Assembly: GCA_035620975.1 (NCBI GenBank)
Contig: DASPFV010000219.1
Span: forward strand, 6,908 to 70,907
Reading direction: 5' to 3'
From: Vicinamibacterales bacterium
GTDB taxonomy: Bacteria > Acidobacteriota > Vicinamibacteria > Vicinamibacterales > 2-12-FULL-66-21
DNA: 64,000 nt
Shown: in pieces, positions 9,812 to 19,941 of the stretch
Numbering within the stretch: the stretch's first letter is position 1
How the letters are laid out: the number at the start of each line of letters is the position of its first letter
The notes under the pieces: model-generated
Told to the model about the DNA's origin: nothing
Database searches by the model: none
The model's input: the letters and a program-made list of their open reading frames with translations, nothing else
Position numbers and translations under genes: made by a program

Positions 9812-11260
9812 ATGAGATCAGCGACTCCAGCCCGCCGCGCGTTCATCCTGACCGCGATGGTTGCCGTGGCATCCGTGATGGCGCCGCATCCGGGCGCCGA
9901 GCCTGCCGCGCAGGCACAGGACAGTGGAGCGCAGCCCGCCGGCGGCGTCGCCGGCGCGCTGTTTACGCTGCTCGACGCCGACAAGGACGGTTCGCTCACT
10001 CGTGACGAGATGAAGAGCCGCTTCGAAGAGTGGTACACGCAGTGGGATCGGTCGAAGAGCGGGGCGCTGAGCATCGAGCAGGTCTTCGGCGGGCTGGCGG
10101 CCGTCGTGCCTGCCGGGCCGGGCGGCCGGGTGCAGAACCAGACACCGCGCCAGGAGGACGTCGCGGCGATGATGGCGGCCCTGCCCGGGCGGGCCCCGGC
10201 CAGGCCGCGCCAGCCCCGCAGGGTGCTGGTGCTCGGCAGGGCAGCGGGGTTCGTCCACTCGTCCATCCCCCTGGCGGCGCGGACCATCGAGGAGATGGGG
10301 CGGAAGACCGCTGCGTGGTCGACGACGATCACCTACGACGCCGCCGACATCAACCAGGCGAACCTGAAGGGGTACGACGCGATCTTTCTTGCGAGCACGA
10401 CCGGCGCCTTCCTGGACGATCCGGACGACCCGGCCGCCACCGCCGCGCGCCGGAAGGCACTGCTCGAGTTCGTGCGCGGCGGCAAGGGGCTGGCTGGCAT
10501 CCATGCGGCGACCGACTCGTACCACCAGAGCTCGGCGGAGGCCGGCGGCCGCGGGGGGCAGGGTTCCCTGAACTGGGACGTCGTGACCGTGGTCCTGCAC
10601 GTCATGTCCGGCGATCGGAACAGCGACGGCCGGCTCTCGCGCGAGGAGCTCGTCGGATTCGCGGACTCCTGGTTCGGCCGGCTCGACCCGGACGGGACGG
10701 GGCGCATCGCGCAGGCCGACTTTCCACGGCGGTATGCCGCCCTGCCGCCGCCGCCCACGCCCGGAGGCAACGCCCAGGGGCCGGCCACCGATCCCGGTCC
10801 GGACACGCAGGTCGGCACGTGGCCCGAGTTCAACACGCTGATCGGAGCGTTCTTCAAGTGGCACTGGAACGACGGCCAGACGATCACGGTGAAGATCGAC
10901 GAGCCGGGTCACCCGCTGAACGCCCCGTTCGAGGGCCAGGGCTACGTGATCGTCGACGAGACCTACACGTTCGGCCGGAACATCTACTCGCGAGCGAATC
11001 TGCGCGTGCTGACGAGCATCGACTACGCGAAGATGATCGCGGAGGACAAGGCGAAGGAGCAGAACCCGCGGGACGACGGCGATTACGCGCTGAGCTGGAT
11101 TCGCCGCGAGGGCAAGGGGCGCGTCTTCTACGAGGCGCACGGCCACAACGAGAAGATCTACGCGAACCGCCGGCTTCTCGAGCACGTCCTGGCGGGTATG
11201 CAGTACGTGATCGGCGATCTGGAGGCCGACGACAGCCCCCGCGTGCGCGGCGCGAAGTAG
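9812..11260 (+). CDS. Exported ThuA-like domain protein carrying two EF-hand pairs
   Basis: AGGAGG precedes ATG 9812, followed by a signal peptide. EF-hand loops are DADKDGSLTRDE/DRSKSGALSIEQ and DRNSDGRLSREE/DPDGTGRIAQAD. ThuA signature blocks are RVLVLG..FVHSSIP, GGKGLAGIHAATDSY and GKGRVFYEAHGH. Confidence 0.8.
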   Translation: MRSATPARRAFILTAMVAVASVMAPHPGAEPAAQAQDSGAQPAGGVAGALFTLLDADKDGSLTRDEMKSRFEEWYTQWDRSKSGALSIEQVFGGLAAVVPAGPGGRVQNQTPRQEDVAAMMAALPGRAPARPRQPRRVLVLGRAAGFVHSSIPLAARTIEEMGRKTAAWSTTITYDAADINQANLKGYDAIFLASTTGAFLDDPDDPAATAARRKALLEFVRGGKGLAGIHAATDSYHQSSAEAGGRGGQGSLNWDVVTVVLHVMSGDRNSDGRLSREELVGFADSWFGRLDPDGTGRIAQADFPRRYAALPPPPTPGGNAQGPATDPGPDTQVGTWPEFNTLIGAFFKWHWNDGQTITVKIDEPGHPLNAPFEGQGYVIVDETYTFGRNIYSRANLRVLTSIDYAKMIAEDKAKEQNPRDDGDYALSWIRREGKGRVFYEAHGHNEKIYANRRLLEHVLAGMQYVIGDLEADDSPRVRGAK

Positions 11261-11273
11261 GCCCGGTGTCCTG

Positions 11274-13649
11274 ATGGCCCTTGCTGCGGGCACCCGTCTC
11301 GGCCCGTACGAAGTCCTTGGCCTGCTTGGCGCTGGCGGGATGGGCGAGGTGTATCGTGCGCGGCACGCGCAGCTCGAGCGCGACGTCGCGATCAAGATCC
11401 TGCCCGCGCATCACGCCGCCAGCCCGGACGCGCTTGTCCGCTTCGAGCGCGAAGCAAAGGCCGTGGCCGCCCTCTCGCACCCCAACATCGTGGCGATCCA
11501 CGATTTCAGAACCGATCAGGATGTCCCTTTCGTCGTCATGGAGCTGCTGGTCGGGGAGAGCCTGCGCAGTCGCCTTCAACGATCGGCAGTCGGCTGGCGC
11601 CGGGCGATCGAGATCGGCGCTGCGGTTGCGGAGGGTCTGGCCGCCGCCCATGCCAAGGGGATCACTCATCGCGATCTGAAGCCCGACAACATCTTCCTGA
11701 CGTCGGACGGCCAGGTCAAGATTCTGGACTTCGGTCTGGCGCGCATCGAACCGGTCGTACCGATTCGGGAATCCGGCTCGGGGCCCACGATTTCCTCCCT
11801 GACAGCGCAAGGTGCGGTCATGGGAACGGCGGGTTACATGGCACCCGAGCAGATACGGGGTGACCCAGCGACCGCGGCGACGGATCTCTTCTCTCTGGGG
11901 TGTGTGCTGTATGAAATGGTGTCCGGACGTCGCGCGTTCGATCGCCCGACCACGGTCGAGACCATAGCGGCGATCCTGAACGAGGACGCGCCGGAGCTCG
12001 CCGGGTCGGCTGCAGCCGACCCCGTTCCGCTGCCCCTCGTGCACCTGGTCGGCCACTGCCTCGAGAAAGATCCGCGGGAACGCTTCCAGTCCGCGCGTGA
12101 TGTGGCGTTCGCACTGAGGAGTGTCTCCGCCGGAGTCGACGCGTTACCAGCCGCCCGCCCCTTGGCCGCGTTCGGGCGGACGGTCTGGGTCACCGCCGCA
12201 GTTGCTGCAGTGCTGGCAACGGTCGTCATCGTTGTCTGGCTCATTAGAGCCGCACCCGCACCGCCACCGTCCGCGATCACCTCACTCGCGGTGCTGCCGC
12301 TCCAGAATCTCTCGGGGAACGTCGACGAGGACTATTTTGCCGACGGCATGACGGAGGCGCTGATCACCGACCTGTCCAGGATCGCCGCGCTGCGCGTCAT
12401 TTCCCGAACGTCCATCATGCAGTACAAAGGAGCGAAGAAGCCGCTGCGGCAGATTGCTGAGGAGTTGAACGTGGATGCGGTCGTGGAAGGGTCGGTGCTG
12501 CGTGTGGGCGACCGGGTACGCATCACCGCTCAGCTCATCGACGCGGCTTCGGACCGTCATTTGTGGGCCGAGAGCTACGACCGCGATCTCCGGGACGTGC
12601 TGTCCGTACAGAGCGAGGTGGCGCGATCCGTTGCCCGGCAGATCAGGATCACCGTCACGCCAGAGGAGCAGGCGAGGCTCGAGCGCACGCGCCGCGTGAT
12701 TCCCGCCGCCCATGAAGCGTTCTTGAGGGGCCGGTTTCAGTGGAACAGGCGCACGCTCGACGGCCTCGAGCGCGCCGTCGAGTATTTTCAGCGTGCGATT
12801 GAGATCGACCCGGCCTACGCGCCGGCCCACGCAGGCCTGGCAGACGCGTACGCCATTCTGGGGAACAATCAGTTCCTCCCGGCGGCCGACACATACCCAA
12901 AGGCCAAGGCAGCCGCGCTCGCTGCGCTGGAGATTGATGAGAGCCTCGCCGAGGCCCACACCTCGCTCGCCTTCGTGATGCAGAACCACGACTGGGACTG
13001 GTCTGGAGCCGAGCGAGAGTACCGCCGAGCGTTCGAGCTCAATCCGAGCTATGCGCAGGCCCACCAGTGGCGTGCCTTCCTCCTGCTCGGCGTAGGACGC
13101 ACTGACGAGGCGCTGGCCGAGATCGACACTGCCCGCAAGCTCGATCCGCTCTCGCCGAGAATAAGCTCGAACGTAGGGCTGATGCACTACTACGCGCGCG
13201 ATTATGATCGGGCCATTCAGGAATTACGCGCGACGCTCGAGCTGGATCCGATCGGAAGCCGGTGGTTTCTCGGATGGGCCTACGTGCAGAAGGGCATGCA
13301 CGAGGAAGCCATCTCTGTGAGCCTCGAGCGCAGCGAACTTCTCGAGGAGCAGGGCACCTCGCTCGCCGACCTCGCGTACGCGTATGCAGCCGGGGGCCAG
13401 GAGCGGCTGGCGAGACGCACGCTCGAACGCATCGCCAGGCAATCGAAGGCGGGCTACGTTCCCCCGGATGCCGTCGCGGCGGTACACGTTGCCCTGGGAG
13501 AAAGCGAGCGGGCGCTCGCTTTGCTCGAGGACGCAGTCGGCCACCGCAACGTCATGTTTTACTGGCTCAAGGTCGATCCCCGCTTCGACCCGCTGCGAGC
13601 CGAGCCCCGCTTCCGGCAGCTGCTCGTCCGCATGGGCCTCACCCCCTGA
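11274..13649 (+). CDS. Ser/Thr protein kinase with TM helix, TolB_N-like module and TPR repeats
   Basis: Hanks kinase motifs: GAGGMGEVY, AIK, HRDLKPDN, DFGLA and the APE context. These are followed by a TM helix, a LAVLPLQNLSG..YFADGMTEALITDLS module and multiple TPR units. Confidence 0.9.
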   Translation: MALAAGTRLGPYEVLGLLGAGGMGEVYRARHAQLERDVAIKILPAHHAASPDALVRFEREAKAVAALSHPNIVAIHDFRTDQDVPFVVMELLVGESLRSRLQRSAVGWRRAIEIGAAVAEGLAAAHAKGITHRDLKPDNIFLTSDGQVKILDFGLARIEPVVPIRESGSGPTISSLTAQGAVMGTAGYMAPEQIRGDPATAATDLFSLGCVLYEMVSGRRAFDRPTTVETIAAILNEDAPELAGSAAADPVPLPLVHLVGHCLEKDPRERFQSARDVAFALRSVSAGVDALPAARPLAAFGRTVWVTAAVAAVLATVVIVVWLIRAAPAPPPSAITSLAVLPLQNLSGNVDEDYFADGMTEALITDLSRIAALRVISRTSIMQYKGAKKPLRQIAEELNVDAVVEGSVLRVGDRVRITAQLIDAASDRHLWAESYDRDLRDVLSVQSEVARSVARQIRITVTPEEQARLERTRRVIPAAHEAFLRGRFQWNRRTLDGLERAVEYFQRAIEIDPAYAPAHAGLADAYAILGNNQFLPAADTYPKAKAAALAALEIDESLAEAHTSLAFVMQNHDWDWSGAEREYRRAFELNPSYAQAHQWRAFLLLGVGRTDEALAEIDTARKLDPLSPRISSNVGLMHYYARDYDRAIQELRATLELDPIGSRWFLGWAYVQKGMHEEAISVSLERSELLEEQGTSLADLAYAYAAGGQERLARRTLERIARQSKAGYVPPDAVAAVHVALGESERALALLEDAVGHRNVMFYWLKVDPRFDPLRAEPRFRQLLVRMGLTP

Positions 13650-14423
13650 CAGCAGGGCCCGTCGCGGGCGTCTGCGGATTCCATGCGCCCGGCTTCGGGC
13701 TCCAGGCCCAGCCTCGTCGAGCGGTGTTCCTGGAGTTCAGTCCAGTCGGATACCGCTGACGGGGTAACCGCCACAGGCGGCGAATTGCAGGAACAATGTC
13801 CGTCGTCCGCACGACTGATCCCGACGCGGACGGCACGCCGTTGCGCAGGCGTTCACAATCGTGCTCACGGCGAGCCCCGGCAACCGTCTTGCTCGCCGGC
13901 CGCATTCTTCTCCTCCGGCGCAGACAACTGTCACGCCCGCGCTCGCGGCCCGCAGCTCGTGGCCCGCCTCGCGCGTTCCGGAAACGACGAATTCGAGCGA
14001 CAGGCGGGCCGTCATGAACACTCGCGTCGGGGGACCACTGTCGGGAGCAGGGTCGGCGTCGGTCGGGCTCGCCGCACGGCCGTGGGGCGCGCCGGCGGTC
14101 GCGCGGGGCATCGGGCTGTCGGCGAAGCTGGCGGATGGCGTCTTCGGCCTGCTCCGGCCGGGATGGACGCAGCCGTGCCGCGACGGGATCGCCGTGTCTC
14201 CGATGAGCGGTGAGTGGCTGCAGGAGTGTGCCGCGGTGAGCGGCAGGCACGGCGATTCGTACTGAGGACTGAGAGCCTCTGCGAGGCAGGCAGGCCGGCG
14301 GGTTACGCGGATCAGGGACGAAGGCGGCCACCCCTGACTGTCGTGGCATCCGCCTCGGCCTGCGCGGCCGTGCAGTGCCGGCGAGCTGGACATCCCCTCG
14401 AACTGCGGGCTCGACCGCGCGCC

Positions 14424-15815
14424 TCACGCGGGCAGGAACGTGAAACAGAGCACCCCCAGCGCGAACCAGAGCGCGGCGTACACCACGTTGTAGCCGATGA
14501 ACTGGCGGAAGTCGATCCGGGCGATCCCGGCCGCGATGACGACCCAGAACGGCGAGAGCAGGTTGCCCATGTGGTCGCCGATACTCAGCGCGAGGAGGCC
14601 GCGCTGGGCGGTGACCCCGACGGCGGCGGCCGTGGTCGCCGTGATGAACCCCTGAATGACCCACTGCCCGCCGCTCGACGGGACGAAGATGGACACGAGC
14701 GACGCCGACGCGGCGGTCAGCAGCGGAAAGGTGAACTGGTTCGAGATCGAGGCAAAGAACTCGCCGAGCGTGCTGCCCACGGTCGTGAACTGAATCACGC
14801 CGGCCACACCGGCGTACAGATGGTAGAGCACGACGACCGGCCACGCCGAGACGGCCGCGAAGGGAAGTGTCCGGGAGAAGTTGCGGACGCTCCGGTGGCA
14901 CAACAGGCAGAGCAGGAGCAGCGCCGTGTTCAGCGAGTTGAGCTCGAGACCGCCATTCGCGACGGCGAAATGGTACACGAGCCAGCCGGCGAGCACCGCG
15001 CTCAGCAGGGCGGTGGGCAGGGGATGGCTCTCGAGCCGCTCGGAGAACGTCGCCGGAACCGTGAGCGCTGCGGCGTCCGCACCGCCAGCCGGTGCGGCAC
15101 GTTCGCCCAGTTTCCACGCCTCGGGGAAGTGGGAGAGCGGTCGAGCATGCCGCGGGAGGAGCAGGCGGGCCGTCACGACGAGCGTGACGAGAAACGCCGC
15201 CACGAACAGCAGCGCTGCCGGCGCGAAGATCGTCGTGCGGAGCGGCATCAGCCCGGTGGTCTTCTCCAGGAAGTGTCCCGGCGTGTTCATGAGCAGCGGC
15301 GCGCTCGCAGAGAGCCCGAACTGCCACACCGACATCGCGGCGCCGGTCGTCGCCAGCAGGAACGGAAAGTCGACCGCCAGGCCCTTCTTCTCGGCCTCGC
15401 GGGCGAAGTGGACGGCGATCAGCGGACCGAGCGTGATCCCCAGGCCCCAGTAGACGTAGGAGAGCGCCGCCGTCAGCAGAATCGCGGCCCCCAGCACACC
15501 CGACACGCTGCCGGGACGCTCCGACAGGGCGCAGATGACCCGTTTGAAGATCGGCGAGGCACCCAGGCTCGAGCTGAGGACCAGGATCAATGTCATCTGC
15601 ATCGTGAAGGGCAGCAGCATCCAGAGGCCGCGGTGATAGGCGCTCATGGTGTCGCCGACCGTCGTGCCCATCGCCAGGGCCGCGACGGCCACGATCGCGA
15701 GCAGCCCGATGGACGTCGTCATCGCGTCCGGGATCAGCCGGCCGATCAGGTCGGCAAATCGCGTGAGGCGATCGACGGGCGGCGGCGCGGCCGGCTGGAG
15801 CATCTGAGTGGTCAT
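14424..15815 (-). CDS. atoE: Short-chain fatty acid transporter (AtoE family)
   Basis: 463-aa polytopic membrane protein whose N-terminus (RFADLIGRLIPDAMT) and overall pattern are typical of the AtoE/TIGR00366 family. Confidence 0.75.
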   Translation of the reverse strand: MTTQMLQPAAPPPVDRLTRFADLIGRLIPDAMTTSIGLLAIVAVAALAMGTTVGDTMSAYHRGLWMLLPFTMQMTLILVLSSSLGASPIFKRVICALSERPGSVSGVLGAAILLTAALSYVYWGLGITLGPLIAVHFAREAEKKGLAVDFPFLLATTGAAMSVWQFGLSASAPLLMNTPGHFLEKTTGLMPLRTTIFAPAALLFVAAFLVTLVVTARLLLPRHARPLSHFPEAWKLGERAAPAGGADAAALTVPATFSERLESHPLPTALLSAVLAGWLVYHFAVANGGLELNSLNTALLLLCLLCHRSVRNFSRTLPFAAVSAWPVVVLYHLYAGVAGVIQFTTVGSTLGEFFASISNQFTFPLLTAASASLVSIFVPSSGGQWVIQGFITATTAAAVGVTAQRGLLALSIGDHMGNLLSPFWVVIAAGIARIDFRQFIGYNVVYAALWFALGVLCFTFLPA

Positions 15816-15869
15816 GGCAGGTGGCCTGGGCAGGTGCGGGGGAGCATACGGGAATGCCGGGTCCCGGGT

Positions 15870-16952
15870 CTACAGCCGGGACGCCGCCCGTCGCGCCAGA
15901 TACGCCACGCGATCCCCGAGGTTCGCGAAGCGCGGGTCATCGGTTTGATGCTTCACGAAGCGGAAGTAGATTTGCTGGACGACCACCGCAATCTTGAAGA
16001 GCGCGAACACCTCGAAGAACGTCAACGTCGTCAGGTCGCGGCCGGTGAGCGCGGCATAGCGGTCGACCAGCGCCGCCGGCGTCAGCCACCCCGGCCGCGT
16101 CGTTACCGTCGTGAGCGCGTCGCGCTGCTCGGGCGGCGCGCTCGGGACCCAGTACGCCAGCAGGATGCCGAGATCCACCAGCGGATCGCCGAGCGCCGCC
16201 ATTTCCCAATCGAGCACCGACGCGACGCGGGATGGGTTGGCGGCGTCGAGCATCAGGTTGTCCAGCTTGAAATCACCGTGGACGACGGTCGGCCGTGCAG
16301 GATCTGGCGGCAGCGACTCCGTCAGCCAGCGGGCCAGCGCTTCCATTTCGGGCACCTCGGCCGTCTTCGAGCGGTGCCATCGGTCGGTCCATCCGCGGAC
16401 CTGCCGTTCGACGAAGCCGTGGGGCTTCCCGAGGTGAGTCAGGCCGGCTCGCAGGTCGACGGTGTGCAGCTCGGCCAGCGCGTCGATGACCGCGAGGCTG
16501 ACCCCGCGCCTGACGCCCGGTTGATCGCGGATCGACGGCGGCTCCTCTTGGCGGACGACGATCCCGTGTCGTCGTTCCATTACGTAGAACACGGCGCCGG
16601 CGATGGCGGGGTCCTCGCACAGGGCGTACACGCGGGGTGCCAGCGGAAAGACGGGATGAATCGCCGAGAGATAGCGGTACTCGCGAGCCATGTCGTGGGC
16701 GGTCGGGGCAACCGGGCCGAGCGGCGGCCGCCGCACGACGATCTCGGTCGTCCCGAAGCGCACGAGATACGTCAGGTTCGAGTATCCGCCGGGGAACTGC
16801 GCCACCTGCATGCGCTCGCGCAGATCGAGGCCGGCGATGCCGGACGCGGGTAGCTCCGCGCGCAGCCACGCCTCCAGTCGCGGCCAGTCGAGCTCTTCAC
16901 CCGATCGAACAGGCGCGGTGTCGGCACCAGGAGCGTCGGCTCTCTCGCGCAT
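15870..16952 (-). CDS. Phosphotransferase (APH/ChoK-like kinase), ACAD10/11 N-terminal-domain type
   Basis: The kinase catalytic loop VVHGDFKLDNLM and DWEMAALGDPLVDL are APH-fold motifs. Length and context (next to an ACAD) match the kinase half of ACAD10/11-type systems. Confidence 0.85.
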   Translation of the reverse strand: MRERADAPGADTAPVRSGEELDWPRLEAWLRAELPASGIAGLDLRERMQVAQFPGGYSNLTYLVRFGTTEIVVRRPPLGPVAPTAHDMAREYRYLSAIHPVFPLAPRVYALCEDPAIAGAVFYVMERRHGIVVRQEEPPSIRDQPGVRRGVSLAVIDALAELHTVDLRAGLTHLGKPHGFVERQVRGWTDRWHRSKTAEVPEMEALARWLTESLPPDPARPTVVHGDFKLDNLMLDAANPSRVASVLDWEMAALGDPLVDLGILLAYWVPSAPPEQRDALTTVTTRPGWLTPAALVDRYAALTGRDLTTLTFFEVFALFKIAVVVQQIYFRFVKHQTDDPRFANLGDRVAYLARRAASRL

Positions 16953-17017
16953 GAAGGTTCATTCCGCCGCCGCCTCGCCGGGTTGGGCCCGAGACAGAAA
17001 TCGTTGCGCGCGGCGCA

Positions 17018-17488
17018 TCAACGGACCACCGGTGACCGGGCATAGTAGCGGACGATCCATTCCGCCACTGCACAGGGCCTGTCGCCGCTGTCGCGCTCGA
17101 TAGTGACGTTCCAGGTCGCCTGCGTGCAGTCCTTCAGGTCGTCAACCCTGCCGAGGGCGAATCGGCCGCGTATGCGGGAACCGGCCGGCACCGGTGACAC
17201 GAAGCGCACGCGGTTGAGCCCGTAATTGATCGTCATCCGCGGATCGACGATGGTCATGGCGTCGCGCATGAGCGCGCTGACCAGCGACAGCGTCAGGAAT
17301 CCGTGCGCGATGGTCGTGCCGAAGGGCGCCTCGGCCCCCGCCCGCGCGGCGTCGACATGGATCCACTGGTGGTCGGCGGTTGCGTCCGCGAATGCGTCGA
17401 TGCGTGGCTGATCGATCACCATCCAGTCGCTGACGGCGACCTCGCGCCCGACCAGCGCCCGCAGCGTCGCCAACTCTACGACGGCCAC
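17018..17488 (-). CDS. MaoC-like (R-specific) enoyl-CoA hydratase/dehydratase
   Basis: Hot-dog fold signature [30 protein letters not shown]. Confidence 0.85.
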   Translation of the reverse strand: MAVVELATLRALVGREVAVSDWMVIDQPRIDAFADATADHQWIHVDAARAGAEAPFGTTIAHGFLTLSLVSALMRDAMTIVDPRMTINYGLNRVRFVSPVPAGSRIRGRFALGRVDDLKDCTQATWNVTIERDSGDRPCAVAEWIVRYYARSPVVR

Positions 17489-17832
17489 GCGGCATCATCC
17501 TCGCTGGCCGTCGGGCGGACGCACAAGCCTGCCATCCATGCTCCCCCGCGCGCTCGGCGGCCCCGGGCGCGCCCTCTCGGAAGATCGAGGCGCCGCTGCC
17601 GGCGGATCGGCCGGGAGGGCCACCCTGCTGGCTCGGACCGGGCGGCGCAGCGGACGTGACATGCGTCGCTACGGTATCATGCCGCTCGCCCGGTGCAGCT
17701 GCCCTGGTCGCGGAAACCGCAGGGGCCTGCGGCCGGTCAGCACTCGTTCGCGGCGCCCAGGTGGCCGCGACGGTTCTGGCGGCGCGCAGGGGCCGCGCAC
17801 GCGCACACAGTCGCCGCCATCTGAGGATCGCC

Positions 17833-19092
<1,260 letters not shown>

Positions 19093-19139
19093 TGCACCGG
19101 CGGCACGAGCTCGGGGCGTAGGGGGACACGACCTCCGGG

Positions 19140-19730
19140 TCACCTCCATTCACCGCGACGCGTCCGGAACGTGATCGAATATCGCAGCGAAGTCACGGCG
19201 GGGATGTGGTGCTCGTAGGCGCTCCGCGCCTCGCCGGTCATCAGGTACGCCGACCGCCGCTCGAGCACCAGCTCGTGGGTCGCCGACCTCCGCTGCCCGT
19301 GACGTTCGCTCCGCTGCTGCGGGCGGAGGTACGGGCGCAGCCGCATCCGGCAGGTGGACAGGAGCGAAACGCCGGCGACGATTCCGTACTGCGGCGCGTC
19401 CCGGTGCCAGCCGATGGGGGCGCCAGGCGGATATTCGTTGATGAGCGCCATGGCGAAGGCAGCCGCCGGGATGCCGGCCCACGACGCCAGCGCCTCGCGG
19501 AGCGGCATCAGGAACGGAGGCACGTCGGAAATGACTACCGGCGCCACGTCGTACGCTGCACCGAAAAACGCGACCCGCCGGCGCGCGGCCACACCGCGCA
19601 TCTCGAAGGTCGAGAACTCGACCCCGGTGATCGCCTGTGCCAGCGACGCCTCCGCCTCCGTGCCGATGAACTCGGGGCGATAGTGGAAGCCGTCGGGCAG
19701 ATCGACGCCGAACAGCGGAGCTGGACGCAT
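19140..19730 (-). CDS. alkB: AlkB-like Fe(II)/2-oxoglutarate-dependent dioxygenase
   Basis: HxD (GWHRDAP), a distal His (YEHHIP) and the RYSITFR motif are characteristic of the AlkB family. Confidence 0.75.
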   Translation of the reverse strand: MRPAPLFGVDLPDGFHYRPEFIGTEAEASLAQAITGVEFSTFEMRGVAARRRVAFFGAAYDVAPVVISDVPPFLMPLREALASWAGIPAAAFAMALINEYPPGAPIGWHRDAPQYGIVAGVSLLSTCRMRLRPYLRPQQRSERHGQRRSATHELVLERRSAYLMTGEARSAYEHHIPAVTSLRYSITFRTRRGEWR

Positions 19731-19941
19731 GGGCGCAGCCTGATCAGTCTATGCCCGCCGGAACCTTCGCCTCTACATCATGCACGCGGGAGGGCCGATG
19801 CTCGACGACCTGCGGGCCGTCAACCGTCGGTCAGCACGATGGTCACCAACCTGATCCCTGTGTGACCGCCGGACGGAAAACCAGTCAGCTCATCGTCACC
19901 TCTGCGCCTGAGCGGCACTCGGCTTGCTGCGCGCGGATTCC

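Noticed and set aside
14214-16853. 879-aa plus-strand ORF
   Set aside because: It runs antisense to the well-supported atoE and APH-kinase genes. Its translation is Arg/Glu/Gly/Asp/Pro-rich low-complexity sequence typical of the antisense frame in GC-rich DNA, with no recognisable motifs.
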